A stretch of 64,000 bases of DNA from Escherichia phage KIT01, in sequence record AP019521.1; one strand, written 5' to 3'. The first letter of the stretch is position 1. Each line of letters begins with the position of its first letter. The position numbers and the translations under genes were made by a program. The notes under the pieces were generated by a model that saw only the letters and a program-made list of their open reading frames with translations, was not told where the DNA came from and did no database searches. Of this stretch, positions 41,330 to 50,520 are shown piece after piece.

Positions 41330-41381
41330 CGTTAAATGCCAAAAAGGGAAGACCGAAGTCTTCCCATTATAAATCAATAAC

Positions 41382-42287
41382 TTATAGACCAGCTAACAGG
41401 TCATCCAGACCATCGTCATCAGAAGGACTTACTGACGGCTCAGGAGTAGTGGAACGAGTAGGTGTAGACGGTTTGGAATCATATGCATCAAGGTCTGCAC
41501 TGAATGCGTCCAGGTCATCACCAATCTTATCAGCGGCTGCAGAAGCTTTAGCGGCAGCACCACCAAGAGCAGCTGTACCAACAACTTTCTTAAACTTGGC
41601 TTCGTTAGTTTCGAATGATTTGAAATCGAGCAGTTTAGAAAGGTCGTGCATTTCTTCCATCAATTTAGCTTGGTAAGCTTCATCATTGATGTTAGGAATT
41701 TCAGACTGACCCATGAATTTAGAATCGTCGTAGTTTTTGAAGTCGCCAACTTTCTTAGATTTCAGTACGAAGTTCGCACCATCAAACGGACATGTTACGT
41801 CAACCGGCACTTCACCAATATCGGTATCAACTTCAACCATCTGGTTGATTTTATCCATAATTTTCTGACCGAAACGGAATTTAAACACTTTACCTTCGTT
41901 AGCAGGCACTGCACTATCCTTAATAACAAGGATGTTAGCCCAGAAGGAAGTTTTACGTTTCATCAGTTTGTATTCGGCATTATTAGTATTAAAAGTATCG
42001 TTCTGGTTCATGTATTTACATACAGGACACGAATCGAAATCACCGTGAGTAGACGTACAGTTTTCAATATACCATTGGCCATTTTTCTTGAAGCCGTGGT
42101 TAACGAGCTTAATGAATGGAGATGGATTTTCTTCGTTTTTCGAAGGTAGGAAACGAATTACCGCAGTACCAACACCGTTGTCATCTTTCAATTTCCATTC
42201 AGCTTTATCATCGGAAGAGAAAGAAGAACCACCTTTCATTGCAGACAGTTGAGCAGCCAGTTGGGAAGGGTCTTTACGTTTAAACAT
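41382..42287 (-). CDS. 32: gp32 single-stranded DNA-binding protein
   Basis: 301 aa; strong match to T4 gp32 (MFKRK...VIRFLPSKN...HGFKKNG.WYIE.C.STHGD.DSCPVC; acidic C-tail). Confidence 0.95.
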   Translation of the reverse strand: MFKRKDPSQLAAQLSAMKGGSSFSSDDKAEWKLKDDNGVGTAVIRFLPSKNEENPSPFIKLVNHGFKKNGQWYIENCTSTHGDFDSCPVCKYMNQNDTFNTNNAEYKLMKRKTSFWANILVIKDSAVPANEGKVFKFRFGQKIMDKINQMVEVDTDIGEVPVDVTCPFDGANFVLKSKKVGDFKNYDDSKFMGQSEIPNINDEAYQAKLMEEMHDLSKLLDFKSFETNEAKFKKVVGTAALGGAAAKASAAADKIGDDLDAFSADLDAYDSKPSTPTRSTTPEPSVSPSDDDGLDDLLAGL

Positions 42288-42378
42288 ATTATTTACCTTA
42301 GCAGATTTAGCAGTTGTATTTTATTGACAGTTTTTTTAACAGATTGAGTTAGTATATTAACACAGTTGATTTGAAGCA

Positions 42379-43032
42379 TTAAAACTTACAAGATTTGATA
42401 GTTTCAATGAACAATTTACGAGCTTCTAAATTATCGATTATAAGAATTTTCTTATAAGCATTTAATTTAGTCGAATACTTAGACCACACTAAATCGTTGG
42501 TCTGTTCATCATGTTTATTTATTATGTCCATAAATGAATCAAGCAAAATAAACGTTTCGAATGAAATAACATTCGATTGAAGGAGCTTAAAAATATAGCT
42601 CGAGTTAACTTTTTTATTATAATCAAAAATTTCAGAAAGCGATTGAACTTCCACTTTCTTACTAAAATAATAAATGTTTTTGGTATCATCCTCAAAAACT
42701 TGTTTTATTCTTTTAAGTCTACCGATATATTCTCGGTAAAAGACTAAGGCGTCAGCATCACTGATGTCGCCAATCCATGCATCTTGGTTAGCCACCAAGT
42801 TACTCATGAAGATAAGAGCAAGCTCTTTCAAAGTGTATTTATCACTCAATTTCTCAAAGAAATATTTGTCGCGACGTTTTTGATAAGCCGTATCAGAGAT
42901 TCGCATGACCCAGTTATATTTGATAACGTCGTATTTGGCATTGAAGTGATGTTTGAGCATTAAGTATAGTGAATATACGCTCTTACCATTCACCATACGG
43001 TTATTGTTTGGTGGCATGCGAATCTTAATCAT
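42379..43032 (-). CDS. 59: gp59 helicase loader
   Basis: 217 aa; strong match to T4 gp59 (KYDVIKYNW.MR.SD.AYQKRRDKYFF.KLS.KY.LKELALIF.SNLVANQDAWIGDISDADALVFYREYIGRLK). Confidence 0.92.
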   Translation of the reverse strand: MIKIRMPPNNNRMVNGKSVYSLYLMLKHHFNAKYDVIKYNWVMRISDTAYQKRRDKYFFEKLSDKYTLKELALIFMSNLVANQDAWIGDISDADALVFYREYIGRLKRIKQVFEDDTKNIYYFSKKVEVQSLSEIFDYNKKVNSSYIFKLLQSNVISFETFILLDSFMDIINKHDEQTNDLVWSKYSTKLNAYKKILIIDNLEARKLFIETIKSCKF

Positions 43033-43331
43033 AACAAGAAATCCAGGGTATTAGTCTTTTGCGTTCGGGCCATTGAAGGTCGAAGCAAGTTATCATCAAT
43101 GGCTTCGTTCATAATTTTATCAATAATTCCTGCAGGCAAATAACGAGCAAAGTTACCTTCAGGGATACTGTTCTCTTCCAACCATGCGGTAGCCGCTTCG
43201 AGGTAGCTACAACCTTCAGCCTCAACAAAGGCCTCAATATCAAGGCCATTCTGTTGTTTGTTTACCAATACATGGACAGGTTCGGAAGCGGTATTAACCG
43301 CTCCATCAAAATCATTCAAAGATTGTGTCAT
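43029..43331 (-). CDS. 33: gp33 late transcription accessory protein
   Basis: 100-aa ORF in the gene 33 position between dsbA and 59. Confidence 0.7.
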   Translation of the reverse strand: MTQSLNDFDGAVNTASEPVHVLVNKQQNGLDIEAFVEAEGCSYLEAATAWLEENSIPEGNFARYLPAGIIDKIMNEAIDDNLLRPSMARTQKTNTLDFLL

Positions 43332-43584
43332 ACAGTTCTACCACTTCAGTTTTTTCGTCTTCGAAACGTTCACGAGTGCCTTTATGGTACAGGGAGAACA
43401 GTTGGTTAAACATTTTACCGTCTACACCGAGTTCAGTCTTAGCACGGTCTTTGATATCTTTAATTTCGTCGCCATAAGCTTCCATTTTTAATTTAGTATC
43501 GGAAGCAGACTTAATCAATTGGGCCAATGTGTTACCATGTTCTTCTTGGTTGAATTCAATTTTCTCTTTAGCCATTATATTCAC
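43312..43584 (-). CDS. dsbA: DsbA double-stranded DNA-binding protein
   Basis: 90-aa ORF in the T4 dsbA position between rnh and 33. Confidence 0.7.
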   Translation of the reverse strand: MNIMAKEKIEFNQEEHGNTLAQLIKSASDTKLKMEAYGDEIKDIKDRAKTELGVDGKMFNQLFSLYHKGTRERFEDEKTEVVELYDTIFE

Positions 43585-43585
43585 C

Positions 43586-44533
43586 TTAATAAAAATCAGC
43601 TACTGTAGCAGTTAGTTTAGACAAACCAGATTTAACGAAATAAGGATAGACTTTAGATTTCGAAGGTTTGTTATATGTATTATATCTTTCAGTAATTAAA
43701 GCAACAATATCATCTGGAATAAAGTCCATATCAATTAAGATTTGGTTTTCACAGAAACGTTCATATTGTTCTTCAGTAAGAAGTGTTTTAATTATATCAT
43801 GGTCATAATAATTAAGAGCAATCGCTTCAAGTTCCTTGGCACGAGTGCTAGGAGTACGTTCGCCTTCAACCATTGTCAACCAGTAATCACCACGAACTTT
43901 AATACTCGCAACGTTATCCTTGCGGTCACCTTTAATAACCTTAGTCACGCAATCAAGCAATGCATCGCCGGATTTTGTTTTGACGAATTTTTTCTGCATT
44001 GGGGACCATTGTTTTACCCCAGGGAATTTATGGAGTTGGGTAAAGTCACCATCAGAAGAACCAATCATAACGGGATGACCTAAAGCTGTAAGGATACGAG
44101 TCAATACAGCAATATGGTCATCAGCCTCGATTGTATCGATATTCATAACAATATAAGGCATATTATGTTCCAATTCATCGACAATAACATGCATTGCTGT
44201 AAATAGGCCTTCCCAATCAAATGGTGATTCGTCACGTGCCTTAGCACGGTTTTTCTTATAATAAGAAGAATAACGACGGCGCCAATATCCTGATTTGGAA
44301 TTATCGACACAAATAATTAATTGGTTGTAACCTTGTTTTTTAAAGTCTTTAATGTTTTTCTTAATTGAATTCAACACGAGGTGTCGAAGCATTGCTGTAG
44401 TTACTTTAGGAAATCCGGCATTCTCGCCAAACTCTTGGAAAGCCGCAGCCATAATGATTTGGCTGAAATCTAGGAGTAAAAACCCATCTTTTTGTTGGTC
44501 TTCTTCAGGAAGTAAAAAATCTAAATCGTTCAT
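43586..44533 (-). CDS. rnh: RNase H (5'-3' exonuclease / flap endonuclease)
   Basis: Match to T4 RNase H (LDFSQI..., CVDN.KSGYWRR, EADDHIAVL, SSDGDFTQLHK, KGD.KDNVAS.KVR). Likely start is ATG at 44533 just after a 10-bp hairpin; an in-frame upstream ATG lies at 44566. Confidence 0.9.
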   Translation of the reverse strand: MNDLDFLLPEEDQQKDGFLLLDFSQIIMAAAFQEFGENAGFPKVTTAMLRHLVLNSIKKNIKDFKKQGYNQLIICVDNSKSGYWRRRYSSYYKKNRAKARDESPFDWEGLFTAMHVIVDELEHNMPYIVMNIDTIEADDHIAVLTRILTALGHPVMIGSSDGDFTQLHKFPGVKQWSPMQKKFVKTKSGDALLDCVTKVIKGDRKDNVASIKVRGDYWLTMVEGERTPSTRAKELEAIALNYYDHDIIKTLLTEEQYERFCENQILIDMDFIPDDIVALITERYNTYNKPSKSKVYPYFVKSGLSKLTATVADFY

Positions 44534-44562
44534 ATGAACCTCTGTCCAATTAGTGTAGAGGT

Positions 44563-44594
44563 TCATTATATCATGACCCTAGAAGAAGTAAACA
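44563..44594 (-). promoter_or_regulatory. Early promoter for rnh
   Basis: Minus strand reads GTTTAC-N17-TATAAT. Confidence 0.5.
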
Positions 44595-44600
44595 CTTTGC

Positions 44601-44608
44601 TATAAATA
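44601..44608 (+). promoter_or_regulatory. Late promoter (TATAAATA) for gene 34
   Basis: Exact TATAAATA 32 nt upstream of the gene 34 ATG. Confidence 0.6.
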
Positions 44609-44640
44609 GTTCTATACCCTGAAAACGAAAAGGAAATAAA

Positions 44641-47600
44641 ATGGCCGATATTTTAAAACCTGCCTTCCGTGCTACATCCGGACTCGATGCTGCAGGCGAG
44701 AAAGTTATCAATGTTGCCAAAGCCGATTACAATGTATTAGACGACGGCGTCAACGTTGAATTCTTTATAGATGAGAACACCATCCAGGCGTACGACGAGA
44801 CGCGCGGATATAAGAAAGGGTTTGCCGTAATCCATGACCAACGTATCTGGGTTGCTCAACGTGATATCGATGCTCCGGCAGGAGCCTTTGTACCAGGTTA
44901 TTGGACTGCTACCCGTACTGACCCTAAATGGATTACTGTAGCGTCTCCTACACGCCAACTGGCTTCTGGTGAATATATTGCGGTGGATTCTGCTGCTAGC
45001 TTTACTACATTTACCCTGCCTCCTAACCCTACAGATGGCGATACCGTTGTAATTAAAGATATCGGTGGACGTGTTGGTTATAATGAAATAAAGGTCCAAT
45101 CTAGTTCTGCTCCTGGCGGCGGTAACCAGAAAATTGTTCGTTTTGGTAATCAGTTTACTGAGACCTTAATTACGAAGCCTTTTTCTTATAACATGCTTAT
45201 CTTTGCTAACCGTCTTTGGCATTTCTGGGAATCGGGTAACGAAGAACGTGGTATCCGTGTAGAACCTAACACCGCTCAGTTCCAAGCTCAAGCCGGTGAT
45301 AACATTCTCCGTCGTTATACTTCAGGTGCAGTAATTAAGTTTACTCTTCCTAAGTATGCGAACCAAGGCGATATTATTAAAACCGCTGATATCGATGGTT
45401 TAGGAAGTAAATTCCACTTAATCGTTGAAACATTCGATGCGTCATCTTCATTAGGTAAGCTAGGTCAGCATAGCATGGAATTCCGTACCTCCGGTGACGG
45501 ATTCTTTGTTTATAACTCTACCGAAAAATTATGGTATGTTTGGGACGGCGACCTTAAAACCCGTTTACGTGTAATTCGCGATGATGTTGAACTCTTGGCT
45601 AATGAAAGTATTATTGTTTTTGGTCCTAATAATACAACGCCACAGACGATTAATATCACATTACCTACAGGCGTAGCCCAAGGTGATGTCGTTAAGATTG
45701 CTCTGAACTATCTCCGTAAAGCTCAGACGGTAAATATTAAGGCTGCTGTAGGAGATAAAATAGCTTCTTCGGTTCAATTGCTCCAGTTCCCTAAACGTTC
45801 TGAATATCCGCCGGATACTGAATGGGTATTGAATGATGTATTGACCTTCAATGGTAACTTAAGTTATACTCCGGTTATTGAACTGAGTTATATCGAAGAC
45901 ATCACTACAGGTGGCAAATATTGGGTTGTTGCTCAAAACGTTCCTACTGTAGAACGTGTGGATTCTAAAGATGATTTAACCCGTGCTCGTCTTGGTGTTA
46001 TTGCTCTGGCGTCACAGACCCAAGCAAACGTCGACCATGAAAATAATCCTGAAAAAGAACTTGCAATTACTCCTCAGACTTTAGCTAATCGTGTAGCGAC
46101 TGAATCTCGTCGTGGTATTGCTCGTATTGCTACTACTGCTCAGGTGAACCAGGATACAACCTTCGCATTCCAGGACGATTTGATTATTTCTCCTAAGAAA
46201 TTAAACGAACGTACTGCAACCGAAACTCGTCGTGGTGTTGCTGAAATTGCTACGCAAGTTGAAACCAATGCTGGTATAGATGACACTACAATCATCACTC
46301 CTAAGAAGCTACAAGCGCGCCAGGGTTCGGAAAGTCTTTCAGGTATTGTAACATATACCTCTACTGTAGGAACCACTCCTGCGACTGCTAGGGACACCGT
46401 AGGTACTAACGTTTATAATAAGAACGTAGGCAATTTGGTTATTTCTCCTAAAGCTCTTGACCAGTATAAAGCTACCCAAGTTCAACAGGGTACGGTATAT
46501 CTTTCTAACCAATCTGAAGTTAACGCAGGCCAATCGGCAAGTGGATTTGCCAACAGTGCTGTTTCTCCTGAAACATTACATGCTCGTGTGGCTCTTGATA
46601 CTCGTACAGGGTTAATTGAAATTGCTACGCAAACAGAGACTGATACTGGAACAGATTATACTCGTGCGGTAACGCCTAAGACGTTAAATGATAGGAAAGC
46701 TACGGAAGGATTGACTGGTATTGCTAGAATTGCAACACAGGTAGAATTTGATGCAGGTGTATTAGATAATGTTATTTCAACTCCGTTGAAAATTAAAACA
46801 AGATTTAATGATACTGCTAGAACTTCTGTCTCAGCAGCCAGCGGTTTGGTTGAATCAGGAACCTTATGGAACCATTATACACTAGATATTAGAGAAGCAA
46901 ATGAGACACAACGTGGCACTGCTCGCCTGGCAACCCAGACCGAAGTCAACGTTGGTACTGATGACAAAACTATCATCACTCCTTTGAAATTACATTCTAA
47001 AAAATCTACTGAAAGTTCTGAAGGTATTATTCGTGTTGCAACGAATACCGAAACAACCGCAGGAACTTCTAAAGTTCTGGCTGTAAGCCCTTCTGGTTTA
47101 AAATATGTAGTACAGACCGAAACCACTTGGGAAGCTACTGCACTTCGTCGTGGATTTGTTAAATTAACTGAAGCTGCTTTAACTTACTCAGGAAATAAAG
47201 TTACTGGTTCTGGTGTTAAATTTAACTCAGGTACAGGCCTTTATGAGAATGACGATACTGTTCTGAATGCAGCTAACTACCCTAAAACAGGTTATGCTGT
47301 TTCATCTTACGAGATGAATAAAACTTTACAGAACTTTTTACCTATAAATGCTACGGCTGTGAACTCCGAGAAATTGGATGGCCTAGATTCACTCCAGTTC
47401 ATTCGTAGAGACGTCGACCAAACGGTTAATGGTTCTTTAACCCTGACCAAACAATTGAACCTGGCAGCACCTCTAGTGTCTTCTAGTACTGCTACATTTA
47501 CGGATGTTACGGCTACAAATTCTACCTTTGGTACAGTGAACGTTGTTAATGGAACCAATAAATGGAAAATAACAGCTCCATCTACCGGAACTACATTAAC

Positions 47601-48660
47601 CATTGGTGATACGACTACTAACGTATTGACTATGAACACCGCTACAGGTAATGTGGCTGCTCTGAATAACCTTAGTGCTGGAAATGATGTCCAGGCCAAA
47701 AATAACTTTGTCCTGAATGGAAGAACCATCGCAACCACCACCGGTGAAGCTTCTGGTGCTACATTGTCTTTAGGCGATAATTCTCAGAATTTGGTTCTTA
47801 AAACATTAGATGCAGGAAATATCGTAGCTAATGGTGGTGGTGCTTATAAAGTTCTGACCGAGAAAAACGCTGTAGAAATTGTAGACCGAAACTTTGTTAA
47901 CCAGGCCGGCGACACAATGACAGGTGTTCTCCGTGTTAATGCTCCGGTACGTGCATTTGGTACTAAGCCTACATTAGCATCCCAGGCTCCTACTGCAGAA
48001 ACAGTTGGCTTCTGGTCTGTTGATATCAATGACGAGGCTACTTATAGTAAGTTCCCTGGTTATTGGACAATGGTTACCAAGCGCCAGATTAATATTGATA
48101 CGGTCCAGACTAAACCTGCTGGGATGTCTTATAAAGATTGGAACAACTCTGGGTGGTTAACTGAAAGCGGTACAAATGGAAGAGATGAAAACAACGACCC
48201 TATAAAAGGCCCGGATAACCAACCGATTCAGGTTGTACCTATTCGTTATCGTAAACCGGATGGAACTTTAGGTGACCCAGTTAGTACACCAGAGGCTCCT
48301 ATACGTGGTACTTGGTTTGATTATTCTGTTCGTGATAAGGAAGTTAAATATCCTGGTACGTTAACTCAGTTTGGTAATACATTGGATTCATGTTATCAGG
48401 ATTGGGTGTGCTATCCTACAGGATTGAATGGTGGTACTATTCGTTATACACGTACCTGGCAGAAAAATAAAAACGCATGGACTACGTTCTCTATGGTCTA
48501 TACCGCAGATAACCCTCCTTCTGCTGAAGAGGTTGGTGCATTGCCTGCTGATAACGCTACAATGGGTAACATTACAATCCTTGATTGGTTACGTATTGGT
48601 AACGTTCGTATTATTCCTGACCCGGTCACTAAATCTGTTAAGTTTGAGTGGATTGAATAA
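44641..48660 (+). CDS. 34: gp34 long tail fibre proximal subunit
   Basis: 1339 aa; long collinear match to T4 gp34 (LQFPKRSEYPP, RRGIARIATTAQVNQ, C-terminal GNVRIIPDPV.K.VKFEWIE). Confidence 0.95.
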   Translation: MADILKPAFRATSGLDAAGEKVINVAKADYNVLDDGVNVEFFIDENTIQAYDETRGYKKGFAVIHDQRIWVAQRDIDAPAGAFVPGYWTATRTDPKWITVASPTRQLASGEYIAVDSAASFTTFTLPPNPTDGDTVVIKDIGGRVGYNEIKVQSSSAPGGGNQKIVRFGNQFTETLITKPFSYNMLIFANRLWHFWESGNEERGIRVEPNTAQFQAQAGDNILRRYTSGAVIKFTLPKYANQGDIIKTADIDGLGSKFHLIVETFDASSSLGKLGQHSMEFRTSGDGFFVYNSTEKLWYVWDGDLKTRLRVIRDDVELLANESIIVFGPNNTTPQTINITLPTGVAQGDVVKIALNYLRKAQTVNIKAAVGDKIASSVQLLQFPKRSEYPPDTEWVLNDVLTFNGNLSYTPVIELSYIEDITTGGKYWVVAQNVPTVERVDSKDDLTRARLGVIALASQTQANVDHENNPEKELAITPQTLANRVATESRRGIARIATTAQVNQDTTFAFQDDLIISPKKLNERTATETRRGVAEIATQVETNAGIDDTTIITPKKLQARQGSESLSGIVTYTSTVGTTPATARDTVGTNVYNKNVGNLVISPKALDQYKATQVQQGTVYLSNQSEVNAGQSASGFANSAVSPETLHARVALDTRTGLIEIATQTETDTGTDYTRAVTPKTLNDRKATEGLTGIARIATQVEFDAGVLDNVISTPLKIKTRFNDTARTSVSAASGLVESGTLWNHYTLDIREANETQRGTARLATQTEVNVGTDDKTIITPLKLHSKKSTESSEGIIRVATNTETTAGTSKVLAVSPSGLKYVVQTETTWEATALRRGFVKLTEAALTYSGNKVTGSGVKFNSGTGLYENDDTVLNAANYPKTGYAVSSYEMNKTLQNFLPINATAVNSEKLDGLDSLQFIRRDVDQTVNGSLTLTKQLNLAAPLVSSSTATFTDVTATNSTFGTVNVVNGTNKWKITAPSTGTTLTIGDTTTNVLTMNTATGNVAALNNLSAGNDVQAKNNFVLNGRTIATTTGEASGATLSLGDNSQNLVLKTLDAGNIVANGGGAYKVLTEKNAVEIVDRNFVNQAGDTMTGVLRVNAPVRAFGTKPTLASQAPTAETVGFWSVDINDEATYSKFPGYWTMVTKRQINIDTVQTKPAGMSYKDWNNSGWLTESGTNGRDENNDPIKGPDNQPIQVVPIRYRKPDGTLGDPVSTPEAPIRGTWFDYSVRDKEVKYPGTLTQFGNTLDSCYQDWVCYPTGLNGGTIRYTRTWQKNKNAWTTFSMVYTADNPPSAEEVGALPADNATMGNITILDWLRIGNVRIIPDPVTKSVKFEWIE

Positions 48661-48668
48661 GAGGTATT

Positions 48669-49790
48669 ATGGAAAGATTTATGGCAGAATTTGGACAAGG
48701 ATATGTCCAGGTTCCTACATTATCTGAAAACAATGCTGTAAGGTATAAACTTAGTATAGCGGGTAGTTGTACTAAGTCTACCACAAAAGCATATGTTAAA
48801 TTTCAAGATGGGAACTTCGGTTCCCAGAATTTTCAAAATGGATTAAACCTTATAGAAATCGATGTTAGTGCTGAACCCAAAATAGTGGCTAACAAAACTT
48901 ATAGTTTTACAAAAGATTTTGATGTTATTTCTGAAGCTTTTATAACGTATATAAATTCTATACCAGCCAATAGAATAGTTTGTTTAGTATCTTCTGGTAG
49001 ATTAAATGCTTCACAAAAACTTATTGATTGGTTCCATGCAGCAGGAAGTACCGCATTCCCGACTAAATGGTTAATAGACCGGTTTGAGCCATCTTATTCT
49101 GCATTTTATGTTTCAGGAAGGAATGCTATAGTAATGGAACATGTGCTTTATAATGATGGGGTATTGATCGAAGATGTTTCTACTCCATTAGAAGTGGTAT
49201 TTGATGATATCAGCGACGTCGGTGGTACAGGATATCCTGTCAGAATTGTTGAAGATGAAAACACTTATCTAAGCAATGATGGAGATGAAATTAAGAGATT
49301 TCCTACCGAATCTCCTACCACCCCATTAACAGATTATAATATGAAACCAGGTGAATTCTTTTACCTTAAGTTTCAATTAATGTGCGACCAAGCTTTAAAA
49401 GACGTCGGGACCTCTCAGATGTCTGTTAGATTTTTTAATGCCTCAGGTGCTTTAACCGGGACAGTTAATATGGACGTTCCTTCCAACGTTCCTGCTGGTG
49501 CATGGATGACATTTGAACGAGTAGTAATGGTTCCTGAAGGTACTACAGACTTCACCCTTTATGCCAGAAAAACAGCTTCGGCCGGACAAGGTGGAGTTCG
49601 AAATGTTATGTTCGGTGAGATATCTGAATCAGAACCTCAGCCAAAACCTGCTGAATTTGGTGTTAACGGTATTCGTATGAACTTTGGTACAGAAACTAAA
49701 AATATGGGTACTACCATAGCCCAGCTATATGATAAAACAGGTACTAAACCTGGTCAGGTTTGGGTCGCTGAATTTAGAGAAAAATATTAA
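48669..49790 (+). CDS. 35: gp35 long tail fibre hinge protein
   Basis: 373 aa; matches T4 gp35 (MEKFMAEFGQGYVQ.P.LSE.N.VRYK.SIAGSC; QAGQGG.RN; KPAEFGVNGIR). Confidence 0.9.
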   Translation: MERFMAEFGQGYVQVPTLSENNAVRYKLSIAGSCTKSTTKAYVKFQDGNFGSQNFQNGLNLIEIDVSAEPKIVANKTYSFTKDFDVISEAFITYINSIPANRIVCLVSSGRLNASQKLIDWFHAAGSTAFPTKWLIDRFEPSYSAFYVSGRNAIVMEHVLYNDGVLIEDVSTPLEVVFDDISDVGGTGYPVRIVEDENTYLSNDGDEIKRFPTESPTTPLTDYNMKPGEFFYLKFQLMCDQALKDVGTSQMSVRFFNASGALTGTVNMDVPSNVPAGAWMTFERVVMVPEGTTDFTLYARKTASAGQGGVRNVMFGEISESEPQPKPAEFGVNGIRMNFGTETKNMGTTIAQLYDKTGTKPGQVWVAEFREKY

Positions 49791-49817
49791 GGAACCTTCG
49801 GGTTCCTTTTTCGTTTT
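49791..49817 (+). terminator. Rho-independent terminator after gene 35
   Basis: Hairpin GGAACC-TTCG-GGTTCC followed by TTTTTCGTTTTT. Confidence 0.65.
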
Positions 49818-49864
49818 TACGACCATAAATATATAAAAGGCTATAACTCCCAAAGGAAACTCAA

Positions 49865-50512
49865 ATGGCAGATTTAAAATTAGGTTCTACAGCAGGAGGT
49901 TCGGTATTATGGCACCAAGGTAATTTTCCCTTAACGCCTGTATCAAATGACCTTCTTTACAAAACATATAAAGTTTACACCGAATATAATAAACCACAAG
50001 CCACTGATAACGACTTTGTTTCAAAAGCAAATGGTGGTAATTATAAGAATAACGTGTATTTTGAAAAAGGCCTGACCTTTAATGATACTAATGGATATGG
50101 TATTAAATTAGGAGCAAGAACTGGCGGAGCACCGTTCACGGCTTCTTTCCGTATTAAAGGCGCTTTTGGATATGAAACGGAAGACGGTACTCCGTTCATG
50201 ATATTCAACCCAAGTACAGTAGTAGGTGCTAAACGCCTTACAGTAATGGGTGATTCATTATTCCGTCAAGTTTATGACGAATCAGGTCGTGTATTCAGTC
50301 CAGGCAACACCCCTACTAAAGCTCAAGTAGGATTATCGTTAGTAGATAACGCAAAACAGGTCCAAATAAATAATACTAACATGCAAACAATGACCGGAGT
50401 ACTTGCTGCTCCTAACTTTATTTCGCTGAATCCGGCCTCTGACGCAGGACACGTTCCTCGTTTTGACCAGATTGTTATTAAAGATTCTATCCAAGATTTT
50501 GGTTATTATTAA
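49865..50512 (+). CDS. 36: gp36 long tail fibre distal connector
   Basis: 215 aa; matches T4 gp36 (MADLK.GST.GGSV.WHQGNFPL...; C-terminal HVPRFDQIVIKDS.QDFGYY). Confidence 0.9.
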   Translation: MADLKLGSTAGGSVLWHQGNFPLTPVSNDLLYKTYKVYTEYNKPQATDNDFVSKANGGNYKNNVYFEKGLTFNDTNGYGIKLGARTGGAPFTASFRIKGAFGYETEDGTPFMIFNPSTVVGAKRLTVMGDSLFRQVYDESGRVFSPGNTPTKAQVGLSLVDNAKQVQINNTNMQTMTGVLAAPNFISLNPASDAGHVPRFDQIVIKDSIQDFGYY

Positions 50513-50520
50513 GAGGCATT

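Noticed and set aside
49826-49840. ATAAATATATAAAA upstream of gene 36 as a late promoter
   Set aside because: No exact TATAAATA; gene 36 may be read through from upstream or use a variant promoter.
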